Positions 35,601 through 47,576 of a stretch of 64,000 nt of DNA are shown piece by piece (the first letter of the stretch is position 1; each line of letters opens with the position of its first letter). Both the position numbers and the translations under genes were made by a program. Source of the stretch: Paraspadella gotoi (Eukaryota > Animalia > Chaetognatha); the NCBI GenBank assembly GCA_051294375.1, contig CM119264.1, positions 2,833,575 to 2,897,574 of the forward strand, given 5' to 3'. The notes below the pieces were generated by a model that worked only from the letters and a program-made list of their open reading frames with translations, was not told the origin of the DNA and ran no database searches.

Positions 35601-38600
35601 TCTTCAGTGCAAGTCCTCATTAAATTTCTTAAAATATAATACCAGGTTTCGCTGGTCGAAAATCAATGTCGGCCCCAGAGTTTTTCCACATCGCAAATGC
35701 CCTGAGAACTTGGTGCTTTTGTTCCCAGGAACTAATTTTCGAATTTCTGGACAATTTAGAAAATCTGAAAGTCAACATGTTGCGTTTTTGCTGATCTTCG
35801 GATTTCCATCCTTCCGACGAGCCGATGGAAAATCTGGGAGTGGATGGAACAATCGCTATCAATTTGTAATTTAGCCATTTTAGACGCTTGCCTGTATTCC
35901 ACTCCTTGACTTATGTCTTGATTGCCACACCGCCAATGATGCATGACGGCCAAGGTTTCCGAAGTGAGTGTGCCAGTTATTCGAAGGAAGTAGCGTTTTT
36001 GAAATGTCTTTAGCGCATGGCTGTTCTTAAAAATGGAATATATAACTGTTCAAATAATTACAATTATAATCAAACGCCATCGAACTTTCTCTCCTCGTCT
36101 TCAAAGAAAAAATAGTAGAAGGTGTGATCGTCGTAGTCCTCGGTTTTGTTCTTCTGAGTCACATTTTCTCTGAGGAAGCCGTATCTTATAAGGTATTCCT
36201 TAGGAAATTGTAAAGGGTAAGATTAATAATCAATAATATACTAGTATTGCTCAAGATGGAGTGAGCTAATATGACATAAGAGTTATCGCACTGTATGGTT
36301 TCTCAACAAAATAACAAAAAATATTTGGGGAGTTTAGTGCTGAAATGATTATGATAGTAGTAATTAAAAAGCAACCTCCGCAAATAAGCAGTCTTTAGCT
36401 GTTGTTATCCTGGCAATATCTTCGGAATCGTAATAGTCGTAAGCGTATTGCGAGGACGCGTAAACAAATAAGCAGGTCACCAAAACCACGACCTTCATCT
36501 TGAATTGTGACAGTCTTCCGTAAAATCAAATTTTAAGCCATAGTCGAATGCTTAATGAATAATGCCATTTATCATTTATGAATTCTAATTGGATTAAGAA
36601 ATTTCACTCTTCTCGTAGATACTCGTCCTGCTCCCCAGCGACGCTGTCCCCCGACGCGGCGTTGAAGATCGAGGACCCGACAACCTCTTCCCGTCGTCGT
36701 CGCCTCTTGAAGCAGTCGTCCTCCCAACAGTCCGACGACACCTCCACCACCTCCTCCCTCTCCCGCGACTCTTCTTTCGAGTACAAAGACTCATCCGGTA
36801 CATAATAGCTGGAGACTGGTGAAAATATACTACCAAATGATATAATATGATAATATAAATATAATTTCATACAATTGAAACATTCTTTGAAATATTATAC
36901 CACTTCATTTATGGGGAAGCCAGGTATTCTAGGAGTGAATTAATGAGACTGTGAGAGTCTTGATTGAAAACTTGCAGAGACCTGCTCGGTCCTTATCTTG
37001 TAAGAGTGATGGAGGCCTTAAACCACTAAAGCCTGTCCAAAGTCAGGGACAAGATAGCTTATCTATTAAATGAATGGATAATTTTTATATTGGTTGTACC
37101 AATTTCATACAATATTCCAAAAATCTACGACGAAATGTTACCTTTTCTCAGGCTGCGATTTAGAGGAATTCATTAAGTACACCCTCGTCAAAAACGCGGC
37201 GGATCGACGTCGTCTCTTGCAAATCGAACAAGAACTCATCAATTTCATCCGGGATCCGAATCGCAAGGATTTGCAATTTCCCAGAATGTCCTCGTACAAC
37301 AGAATGCTCGTCCACAGAACGGTAATTGACTGTTTTTAGGTCCGCTCGCTGATTTCCCGATTTATCATTATAAAAAACCTTTCCCGGTATGTATCACTAT
37401 CAGAAAATAAAATTCTACTCTGTAGTTTTATCCTTTAACAATAACGAATCATAAATAACCTTTATCCCTTAACAAGTTATCCCCCTCCACCCCTTTCTGT
37501 TCAGTATTAATTATTTTGATTTTTTAATAAATGACTTCCTAACAAGAATGATGGCTAATATGTTATATGAAAACTTTTAACCTTGTGTCGTATAGATGCT
37601 TCCTCTATTTCCAGTGGACAACGCTCACATCCCTCCCCATTAAATTATTATGTATCAAATAAATCAGTTAAATCTATACTTATATTCATTTTAAAATTTT
37701 TGTCTAATTAATTCTAAGATAGTAAAACGAGTAATCTTGCAATTTTTCATATACATTTTACCGAAATGTATTTTTCCCCCTTCAGTCGGCTTTCTTCGGC
37801 TGCGAACACAACGTCGACAAGTCCGGACACGCCGTCGTCGTCAACAAGACTCCGCTCTCGCGAATCCCGGAAGTTCGATTCAAGGAATGGATTCCCGACG
37901 ACATCGATCTTACAGGTTCCGACCGGGAACGCTGCCGGGTTCTCCTTTAATTTTAAACCGGGACTCCTTTTGACCTAAATTTACTTACCCTTCGATTCAA
38001 AACTTTCCCAGAAGGACATCACCCGCCGCGGAAGATCCTCACCAGAGATAGCACTCAGAGCAGCTTCGAGGACGACGCGGCGGCGTCTGGCGGCGTCGCC
38101 GGTGGCGGCGGCGTCCTACGCAGCCCCGATCGATCTCTCCTCAACCAAAAGAGCAAATCCTTCGAAGAGCGGGAGGCCGAGTATGTCGAAGCAAGGAAGC
38201 GGATATTTAATCAGGTCAGATTAGAGTCTTTCGTAGTTTTTGAAGTACGGTTTATACTATTTTTTATGTCCGGAAAATTGAAATTTAATTGTACTGTAAT
38301 TGTTTATGTTATACTATATCTACAACTTCCTGATTTTTATGAACGTCACTGCGATTAGGATTCTCGAAGCTTGGATCATGTCAATTTCACTCTTCATAAG
38401 TCGCCGCACGCTCGATTTCCAAGTAGAGCGTGGGTCCGCCCATAGGAACCGTGGACCGGACGATCTTGAAGTAGCGAGCAAATTCATGTCGGTATTTCTC
38501 TTTGGGGTCGAGTTCGATCTCGGGCAGCGAACTCGCCTCCCCCAACGTGTTCGTCGACTCTGAAGGCCCCAACGCGATTTCCTTTTTTTCGGTTGGACCA

Positions 38601-41600
38601 CTGGGACCTGTTGTGGACAGTGCGAAAACAGGGCGTATAAGGAAGAGATGAATTAACCTCACCCGGCGTCAGATTTTTAAACCAACCCGAACTCTCTTCC
38701 TTTTTGTCGTCGGTTTCCTTATCTTTGGCGTCTTCGTTCAGGTTTCTGTTGACACTGTTGTTATTGTTGTAGTTAAGTCGATCAAACGGCGACCAATCTT
38801 TCAAATCCAAGTCTTTCAGATTCTTTTTGTTGGACCTTCCGTTGGTCATCGCCTCAAGACTGTCGCATCGCTGCGGTGCCAGTGTTTTCTTCTCGGCGCC
38901 GCTTTTTCTCAAAACCCGGGCCCCCTTTTCCGCGGCGCCTTTGTGACTCGCTTTCCTTGCCTTCAGGACGTCTTTGGTCTTTTTAGCTCGCCGGTCGTTG
39001 TCATTGTTGGCGTTGCGATTGTTATTGTTGCAATTTCTGGCGTTACAAAGATTATCGTTGCTAAAATTAGCGTCGAGGTCCACGACGGTAGGCGCCACTT
39101 CCTTCGCTTCGTCTCGAATTACTTCGCCGCGGGCTTTCGCCAAACGCCTCTTAATTTCGCGACGCGCGTCCGTAATTCCGAGCGTCTCTTCTTCTCCTCC
39201 TTCCCGTCCCGCGTCAATACCGAAATTCATCTCCGTCGTTAAAGGGTCCGAGCGACGCCCCTCTCTTGACTCGAACTTCCATCGCATCCCGTCTCGATCG
39301 AAGACCGATTGCGCCGTGCAGCGTCGTTGGTGAGACGAGTCGAACCAGTGGTAGGGCGATGGGTAGGACCAGCTGAAGGCGCTGCTGCAATGGTCGAACG
39401 ATCCTCTCGCGCAGCAACAAACGTCGCTAACTCTCGGTCTGATCTCCGACCCTCCGATCTCAGTCACGTTTGATCCGTATATGACGTAGGGCATTTTATT
39501 TGGGTTTTTTTGGAGGGGGGGTTTCGTGTTTACTAGGGTCTACTTGAAATAAAAATAATCGTTTTTAACGATTTTCTGTCAACTATCCGGTGATGTTTAG
39601 TTTAAAAGTATAATTTACGCCTTGAAAATATTAATGAATTTCTAAAAATAAAAATAATTTCGTTCCTAGGACTCTCTCTCCTCCGCCGAGTTGGACGCTT
39701 CGGGAATGTCGCGCGAAACCTCGCGAGTCTCGTCCTGCTGCTCCTCCAAGGAAGATCTTCTCTCCGGTTGCGGCAGCTCCGGCTCCGCAAGCTGCACCTT
39801 CGGAAGCAGCTCCACTAACGTCGGAGGTCGAAGAGCCCTGTGTCCGCAGTCGTCCACCGACTCGTCGGGATACGGAACCGACACGGCGCACTTCGCCGCA
39901 GGTGGATGAAAGGAAAAAACTACGTAGAGAAAAAGACAAACTTATGGAAACGGGGAGACATGAGTGATGAGTATGAGGCATCTTCCGACAGCTGGCCCTC
40001 AGGGCTTTGGACCTGCAGTGACCACCCTATGTCACTGGCGTGTTTAACCCGACACCATCACACTTAACCAGCGTGACCGTGAGGGGATTCAACCTGATTG
40101 AACCTGGATGTCAGGGTTGGTGAAAGAGAACTTAGCTTTCCAAGTCAATGGGACGAGCTGAGTTTCACCAAGCTAGATGGGAGGCGAATTTAGGATTCGC
40201 CACACTCTTTGTTTTGAACGAAAAATTATGTTGCTATTTATTTGATTATAAAGGGATTCTCTATACGAACCCCCCCCCCCACATTAGCCTTTTGTCTCTC
40301 CAAAAGGCGAGACACCGCGTTTCGATAAGAATCATAATTCCATTCAGAATTAAAGATTTTTTGAAACTAAAAATTGAGAACTTTGCAGTGGTGGGCGGCG
40401 GCGTGGTCGGTCGCGGAAAAGGTCGTCCCCCGATGACCAAAGCCTCCTCGTTCGGTGGAACCGTGACCCTCTTGTGTCGCGGAGATTCTTTGGACGTCTC
40501 CCCGACCGGTCCCCCGGCGAAGGGGAAGCTCGGAGGTGAGTAGCGTCTCCCACTAGAACCCTCCTCCGCCCTTCCACCCCACCCATTCCCCATTTCCACC
40601 TTCAAGGTCCATCGATCCTCTTCAAGCCGAGCGTGTTCGTCCACTCTCCGTCGCCGGAAGTGACGCCCATCACGGAGAATTCCCCAACGGAGAACGAGAA
40701 CGACGTTGTGGTGACGACGACGGCCGCTTCGGTCCAATCGGTGGAGACGAGACGTGAGCGTCGTCAGGGGGTTTGGGGGGGGGGAGTTCTTATGTCGTCG
40801 TCGTCGTTGTTGTTAATCGCTTATTTAGACTTTGTTTTTGTTCTTAATTTTTTCGTGAAAGTGAAAACGGTTCCGAATGCGGTAATTAGTTCTATAGAAC
40901 CTAGTCTAAACTCGCGTTACATTATTCAGTAAAATAATATCTTATAATTTATATCGGTTGTACCAATTTCATAGGTACATAAATATAACTAATAAATGAA
41001 TCGGAAAATGGTAGTGACTTGATAAACAAAATGAAATTGATGATATAGAGTAGAACCTGAAATTCTCAGCATCTGTCTTTTTTTCTTTTTTCAATCTGAC
41101 AGACACGACCGTGTCTCACGTTCACGTGACATCCTCGTCCGTCGCTCTAAACGGATTCCCCTGTAGACAACCTGTGATTTGGGCCGTGACCGACGTCAAC
41201 GCCGTTCCCTCGGGCTCGATTTTGATAAACCCGCAAAACGGTGAGGTTAATTCTAAGTGATAATGATGATGGGAATGATCAGGATGATACGTAATAATGA
41301 AAAAAATCCTTGATATGCTTAAAATCTACTGGTCGGTCAGTCGATAATTCCTCCTCTCAGCCAAAGTTTATTTTCGCGCGAATAGGTCAACCCTACGTGA
41401 ATACCGACGGGTCTCTCTATCGCTACGATCCCTCGAATCCTCTGCCTTTTCCCGCGATGACCACCTCGTCGTCAAACCACCATCTGTCTCTCAAGGACAC
41501 GCACAGGGGCGACTCCACGGGTAAAAATGACTAACAACAATTAACTATTAAGCGTCAAATACATTGAACTTTGTCTTTACAATAAACAAAGCAATGATGT

Positions 41601-44217
41601 GCATTGTGAAATGTTACTCTATTGCAGGTAGCACTGATTTGAGCGAAGCCATTTCCTCCGTGACTCTGACTCCTCAGTCGTCGCTGGAGAGTCAGTTGAG
41701 TTTGGACCGGAACCAACAGGGTCAACGCCAATGCTCCACTGCCGCCACGCAGACTGGGGTGAATGAATGTAGTCAAGGCCTCATCTACGTCAAGTTTTAC
41801 GCTGCTACTTTGTTTGTTTTTTTTTGTTTTTTTTTTTCGCGCCGCAGAACGGGAGCAGCGGCAGCGGTTCCGGTGGATCTTCGGTCGCCTCGCCCACCTC
41901 TTCCTCCGTCAACGTTACGGCGGTGCCCAATCAAACGCCAAACGTCAAGGCCGCCCTCTCTCTCGCCTCCCAACAGGTTTGGCGAATTTTGTTCGTTGGA
42001 CGATTTAAACGATATAACGATGTAAACCAAATTAGGGTCCTTGTATATTCATTCCGGCCGGCGCTTTAACGAATACGACGGATCAGGCGCCGCCTGACGA
42101 CTGCAAAGATGAAATCAGCGTCCAACTGAAGGAGAACGGCGGCAAAGACGAGTCTCCATCTGTCGCCGGATTCTTTCTTCCCATCTCCGCCATCGGGAAG
42201 CATTTGGCCGCCAGTTTGCAAGTGAGGATTGACTTCATTGATGCTCTCCTTTATGGGGATATGAACTCAATTTTTTGTTTACATAAACAAATATTCTACA
42301 CTCGTACACATAAAATAAATTTTTAAAGTCTCTTCATTTAAACCTGCTATGTTATTATTGGTTGTACCAATTTCATACTAATTTTTACTTTATTTATATT
42401 AGACCGAATTGGCGCACGCGGCGATGGGCAGCCAATCCGACGCAACTCAACCGTCCGCCAAATCAAACGTCGCGCCCAACGTCGCGCCCACTCTGGTCCT
42501 CAAAGGTTCCGACGGAACATATCAAGAATTACCTTCCGGACAGCAAGTGATCGCGATTCAGCCACAAATTTTAACGCAGCAGCACCCCCAGCAGCAAACG
42601 CAGCAGCCGCAACAGCAACAGTCGTTGCCCATTCAACCTCAAATCCTTCAAAATCCCTCTCAAGTTGCTCCTCCCATGGATTCGTTTCAGGAAGGCTGTC
42701 AGTCTTGCGACGCGAGCGGTCTCGCCGCTAAATCCAATCAAGCCTCCGCGCCTCCTTTGCCCCAACAGCAGGTCTACCTGCAACAGATCCCACCATCGGG
42801 CGAAGCGTTGCAGCAACAACAGGTTCCGCTGGCGGCGGCGGCCTTCTATCCTCAACAGATGACGTCGATGGCGGCGTCTTCTCTCGGCGCCCAACAATTC
42901 CAACCGCATATCATATTCACCAACGCGGGCAACGCGTTCGTAGCGATCCCGCCCGAGGCCTACGTGGCCTCGGCTGCGCTCGCCTACGATCACACCACAC
43001 TCCCCACCCTTCCCTCCTCCTCGCCGAATACTCAGCAGCAAATGACTCTCAACAAAATGTTGTCTTCGCAACAGCCGCAACCTTTGTATCAACAGCAACA
43101 GTTTTACCCTCCCTCGTCGGGTCCCTCGCTTCAGCAAGAACTCCAATGCCCACAAAATCCTTATCCCGCCGTTCCCAATCCCGCCCAAGGCTCTTCCCCT
43201 CTCTCCTCTCATCAAGCACCGGCCAATTTTTCCTCCTCTTCTTCCTCCTCCTCCTCGGCCAATCAGTATCTCCCGCAAATTCCCGTCTCTTATAATCATC
43301 AACAACCTCTTCCACAGTTCCTGCCTTCGCTCCCTTCTTTCGTTCCTCGTTTGGCCAACAACGTCGCGCGTCCCAACAAAACGGCGGATCATCTCTACGA
43401 TTCCGAATCGAAGACTTTTCAAATTCAGCCCGGATTCGCCGGCGGGCTACCCTGCGGCAACAGTGGGTCCGAAAGTGATACGCTAGTGACTTCTAAATCG
43501 CCTTCGAGCGCAACCACGCAATCCCCGTTTTCCGAACAGAACATCGCGTCCAACGGGAACAAGTTGTTTCATCCGCCCTTTCCCCATCCGGCCGGCCTGC
43601 CCCCTCGGCCCACCTCCACTCCGCCCAGTCACTTTCCCAGCAGCGTTTCGGCTTCGTCGACTTACGTGTTGGACGAGATCGTTCGACCCAATTCGCAGCC
43701 GTCGGTGTCCTCGCAGATCGGGGGTCCCAACCTCCCGGGAGGTCCCATCAATTTGAGGCAACCTCTCTCCTATCCCCCCGTAGTGTATCCCTACGGGACC
43801 CCTTCCTCGGTGGCCGGGGTTTTTCCTCCATATCAGTATCTCGCGGCCGTAGCGGCTGCGGCGGCGGCCGCGCCCTGTTCTTATCCGACGATGGATCCTG
43901 GATCCGTCTCGGTCCAACAGCAAGTGCTGCAGCAACAGATGTTTTATCAACAGCAGATGCTGCAGTATCAGTCGCAACTGGCGGATTCTCTGGCATCGCA
44001 TCACGTGATGCCGGAACCCGCGTTGCAGACTCACCCGCCGGTGAATACTCAGACCCACCCCCCGGCTTTGTACGGGGCAGCCATGGGCTGCAGCACGGAC
44101 GCCGAATCGATAGCGACGTCAGAAGTTCTTTCGTTAGAAGAATCAGTCAAATCGCCCGACTCTAGTACGGACGGACTGGTGACCACTGAAGGCCAACAAG
44201 CTTCTTTACCATTGTAG
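29687..44217 (+). CDS. R3H + SUZ domain RNA-binding protein (encore / ARPP21 / R3HDM family)
   Basis: Spliced exons 36619-36797, 37152-37321, 37786-37915 and 38013-38214 read LSRDSSFEYKDSSGCDLEEFIKYTLVKNAADRRRLLQIEQELINFIRDPNRKDLQFPRMSSYNRMLVHRTSAFFGCEHNVDKSGHAVVVNKT...RIPEVRF...PRKILTRD...KSKSFEEREAEYVEARKRIFNQ. LVRSEAI motif at ~32420; Q/P/S-rich last exon 42403-44217. Start GCCATGG at 29687 is inferred. Confidence 0.9.
32971..36498 (-). CDS. Secreted matrix metalloproteinase (M10A matrixin) with an extended hemopexin region, nested antisense in an R3H intron
   Basis: Signal peptide MKVVVLVTCLFVYASS; prodomain EYLIRYGFL...ALKTFQKRYFLRITGTL; cysteine switch WRCGNQD; HGD...FDGRGGILAHAFYP; LHLDDDEVW; zinc motif HEIGHALGLNH (~35300-35268); Met-turn SIMWPMY; LHDDD; hemopexin-like GYPKLIQDDFP; about 16 small exons ending TWAGCC-stop at 32971. 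Confidence 0.9.
38387..39494 (-). CDS. Two-exon orphan gene (~350 aa), nested antisense in another R3H intron
   Basis: ATG 39494; exon 39494-38663; 55-bp intron GTGAGG...CAACAG with matching phase 1; exon 38607-38387 ending AATYEE-stop. GC-rich coding-like composition inside an otherwise AT-rich intron. Confidence 0.65.
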
Positions 44218-46424
44218 TGGTATCGCCGATTAGCAAATGGAACCATGACGAAAGTTATGATAGGTTTTATAAAACAGGTGTTTAAAAAAAAACAACATCG
44301 AATGATCTCACTTGATATTATTTATTTTTTAACAACGTTAAAGTAAATAAAAGTACGTAATAAACGTAATTATATTTACTAAATGTTTGTTGGCGAAATG
44401 AAAGGAGGATTCAATTCCTACACTTCTTAAAGTTTAATATTGCACGGTTTTAATTTAGAATCCTAAAAATAGAGCACCTGATATAAAAAAATCCTTTTTA
44501 AATAATAACAAGTCTGAATGCCTCATTGCCTATTTATTCGATGTCGTATGACGTTTAAAATAGCATTACTAATCACTAAAACACAGAACTTTTTATAATA
44601 ACAAAATCTAAGAAAAATTTCAAGAACGAAATTTAATATTCTGCTTGAAAAGGCCGTATCAAATATTTTTACCAAGTTTAGATTTAGAAAACTAAAAAAT
44701 ACCTAGCCTTGTTGTTAATAATTGCTGAAAATATTTATTTAAAAGATTTAACATAATACAAACCCGTCTACCAAATATTGTAAAATCTATTAAAAAATAA
44801 GCTGATTCCAGAAGTCAAATAATTCGCTTCCTCCATTCATGAAAAAATATCTTCACAGCTTTATTAAGCATTCGCTTTGTCTACATTTTTTTATCTCGTC
44901 TTCTTCACTTGGTTTCATGTTTAAAATTGTGAACGCGTCCGAGTTCTAAAATATATTCTACAAACCTTATTGGGTTAATGATAAAGCGTTTCCAGTCATT
45001 TGAAACTTCAAGATAAGATAAATGGTTGTTACAATTCTGAAGCGTAATATTTTCTTTTATATTTCAAAAATATAATGTTAAATGCTTTTTGAAAAATTTT
45101 TCAGTCTTTTGAGAATACATTTTAGATGAGTCTCTTTCGTCGTTAGCACTTTTCGATATTAATTTTCATCCCTAGAAACAGTGTGTCTTAGTATAATGCG
45201 TTCTGTTTGTTATTAGCCAATGAATTTAAACACGCGGCTGCCTACTCGTTTTACAGAAAAAAATATCCTGCCAAACCCTTCGTTTATTATATTCATAGCA
45301 TGTTCTACAATCTACATGGACCATCTTTAGGTATAAATTCATATTACCTTTGGAGTATTTTACCCCACTTCACGTACTCTCGAGTTACGAGAAAGCTAAC
45401 CTTTTTATATTTTATTAAACTGCCACCAAACGTTAGGTTTATAAAACAACTTTGAAGATTCTGTTTGCTTTATGAGCTATATAAAACGTTTTTTCTGTAC
45501 CTTCGATTTTACACAATCTTATCCCGCTTTGAAAAAATTACAAAATGAAAACCTAATACTTTCTATTTTCAAATTCACAGTCACTATCTGAATATTCATT
45601 GAAATATCAAAACTTATTCATAACTTTCATATGACTCGTCATCATATGAAGCCATTTTTGTTTCTGGTAATTACGATCTAAAAAAAAATTCATTATTATT
45701 ATTATTATTCATACATTACTTTTCTAAAAATTATGATGAAAATTAAATATAAATTGATTTAACTTAACATAAGCGTAAGAAGCTTAAGCTATTATTTATT
45801 TTAAATTTTTTGTTTAAATTTCTAGGTTTACATTTAAAATAATAAAACATTTGAATTGATACTCTGTTTAAAATGTTACATCCAACGAGTTGTTTTGTTT
45901 GTTACTAGTTACATCCTCTTATTTATTTGCAGTTTTCAAAGCATCGATATATGCTTTGTTTTAAAATGGTCTTAAACGCTGTGACTTCTTCAATAAAAAC
46001 AATAAATGTTTTTGCCCTTTAAGCCCTATCGATTGCTACCAATTTGATGTGGAATTATAAATGCATTTTTCCCTTATTGTTTTTAGTATCACATAACTCA
46101 TAAGGCAATGAGATTAATAATAGTTCTCTCTCAGAATTGATTTTAACTTGCTAGAACTGGGAAAAGGTTATTCCTTTGAACCTTTCCATTGTCTTGAATA
46201 TTCTTTCAGAAATATTTTTTTCCAGAAAACATGCATACATTTTTAATAAATATGTCGCAAAAGCTTACGCTTGCGACGATTTTGCGACTATGTTCCAAAT
46301 AAATGTTGTCGTCGGCGTTCCAAATTTATATATAAAATTAACTAAAAATTAAATAGATTGCTTTTTTATAAAAATGTATAATTGTATAAAGCTGAAACTT
46401 AGTTACATATTCTCATTATCTTTT

Positions 46425-46600
46425 ACTTACACCGACTGGGGTTCGGGTTAAGGGTGATTTAGGGGTGGTCTAGGGTAGTTAGGGTTAAGAGAGTTTAGGG
46501 TTAGGGTAATTAGGTAATATTTTTTTTAATTTTTTTTTAAATATAAAAATTTTTAATAGGTTTTTCAAAAGCTGCTATAACCGCGGTCGGCGAAAATAAA
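46425..46600. repeat. Degenerate TTAGGG-like tract between short inverted repeats (similar tracts at 14645-14730 and 22550-22620)
   Basis: GTTAGGGTTAAGAGAGTTTAGGGTTAGGG flanked by TTACACCGACTG and CGGTCGGCGAAA. Confidence 0.55.
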
Positions 46601-47576
46601 ATTTAGCCATCTATAATATAGACTCTATATTATAGAGAGTGAATAAACGAGACTGTGAGAGATTGATTGAAAGCTTGCAGGGACCTGCTATGTCATTATC
46701 TTGTAAGTGATGGAGGACTTAAACCACCAAAGTCAGGGGCAAGATAGCTTATTTATTAAATGAATGGATAATTTTTATATTGTTTGTACCAATTTCATAG
46801 ATCGCCTTTTAAAAAATATGTTTGTAGCTGAAAATTTGTATCTCAACCAAACCTCAAAAAAATATAAATGCGAATAAAAAAATAAAATGAAAGTAAAAGT
46901 ATTCCCTTAACTCCTTATAAGATTTTTTAGTTACATATACATTGAGACAGCTCTTCGTAGTGCGTAATATTGTGTAGAATTATATTATTATGCTATGTCA
47001 TTATCTTGTAAGAGCGATGGAGGCCTTAAACTACCAAAGCTTGTCCAAAGTTAGGGGCAAGATAGCTTATTTAATTTAATAATTTTTATATTGGTTGTAC
47101 CAATTTCATTATGATTCTGAGCGTATTCCTAAAAAAGAGCATCGGATTGAGTGAGTCTCCTCGACTTGGAAGAGGCCGCGTCTGCCCGAACTCTCTCCAC
47201 CAATCAACGATCTCCATTTTTGAGGATCATTTCGAATTTTCACCTTTCCAAATTACCAATATCAACATAATTTTTTTGAATTTTCCTTTGATATTCTGTT
47301 TATTTCATTTCCAGACAACAATATTTATCAACTTTCGCCGGATTTGTTCCTTTACAAAGACTAGTCGAAACTGTTTATATTATATATATGTTCTTTAAGG
47401 TTTCTATGATAAAACTTTTTAAGCGCTGTCTTCAAAGTGATAGTTTTTATCTCGCCAGACAGGCGAATGCCCGACTTGGACGAGATATTAATATTTACAT
47501 ACTTTTCCGTGTCATATCATTGCTTATTAAACCAATCAGGTCCGAGTCCAATCACATCGCCTCGCGTTAAACTTCA

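Noticed and set aside
42571-44058. Long minus-strand ORFs (283 and 191 aa) opposite the last R3H exon; similar ones opposite the Tudor, Cdc20, thymosin and CAND1 exons
   Set aside because: Antisense shadows of GC-rich coding sequence, with no independent motifs or splice structure.
44218-46400. AT-rich stretch examined for RNA genes or ORFs
   Set aside because: Nothing supportable; consistent with the R3H 3'UTR and intergenic DNA.
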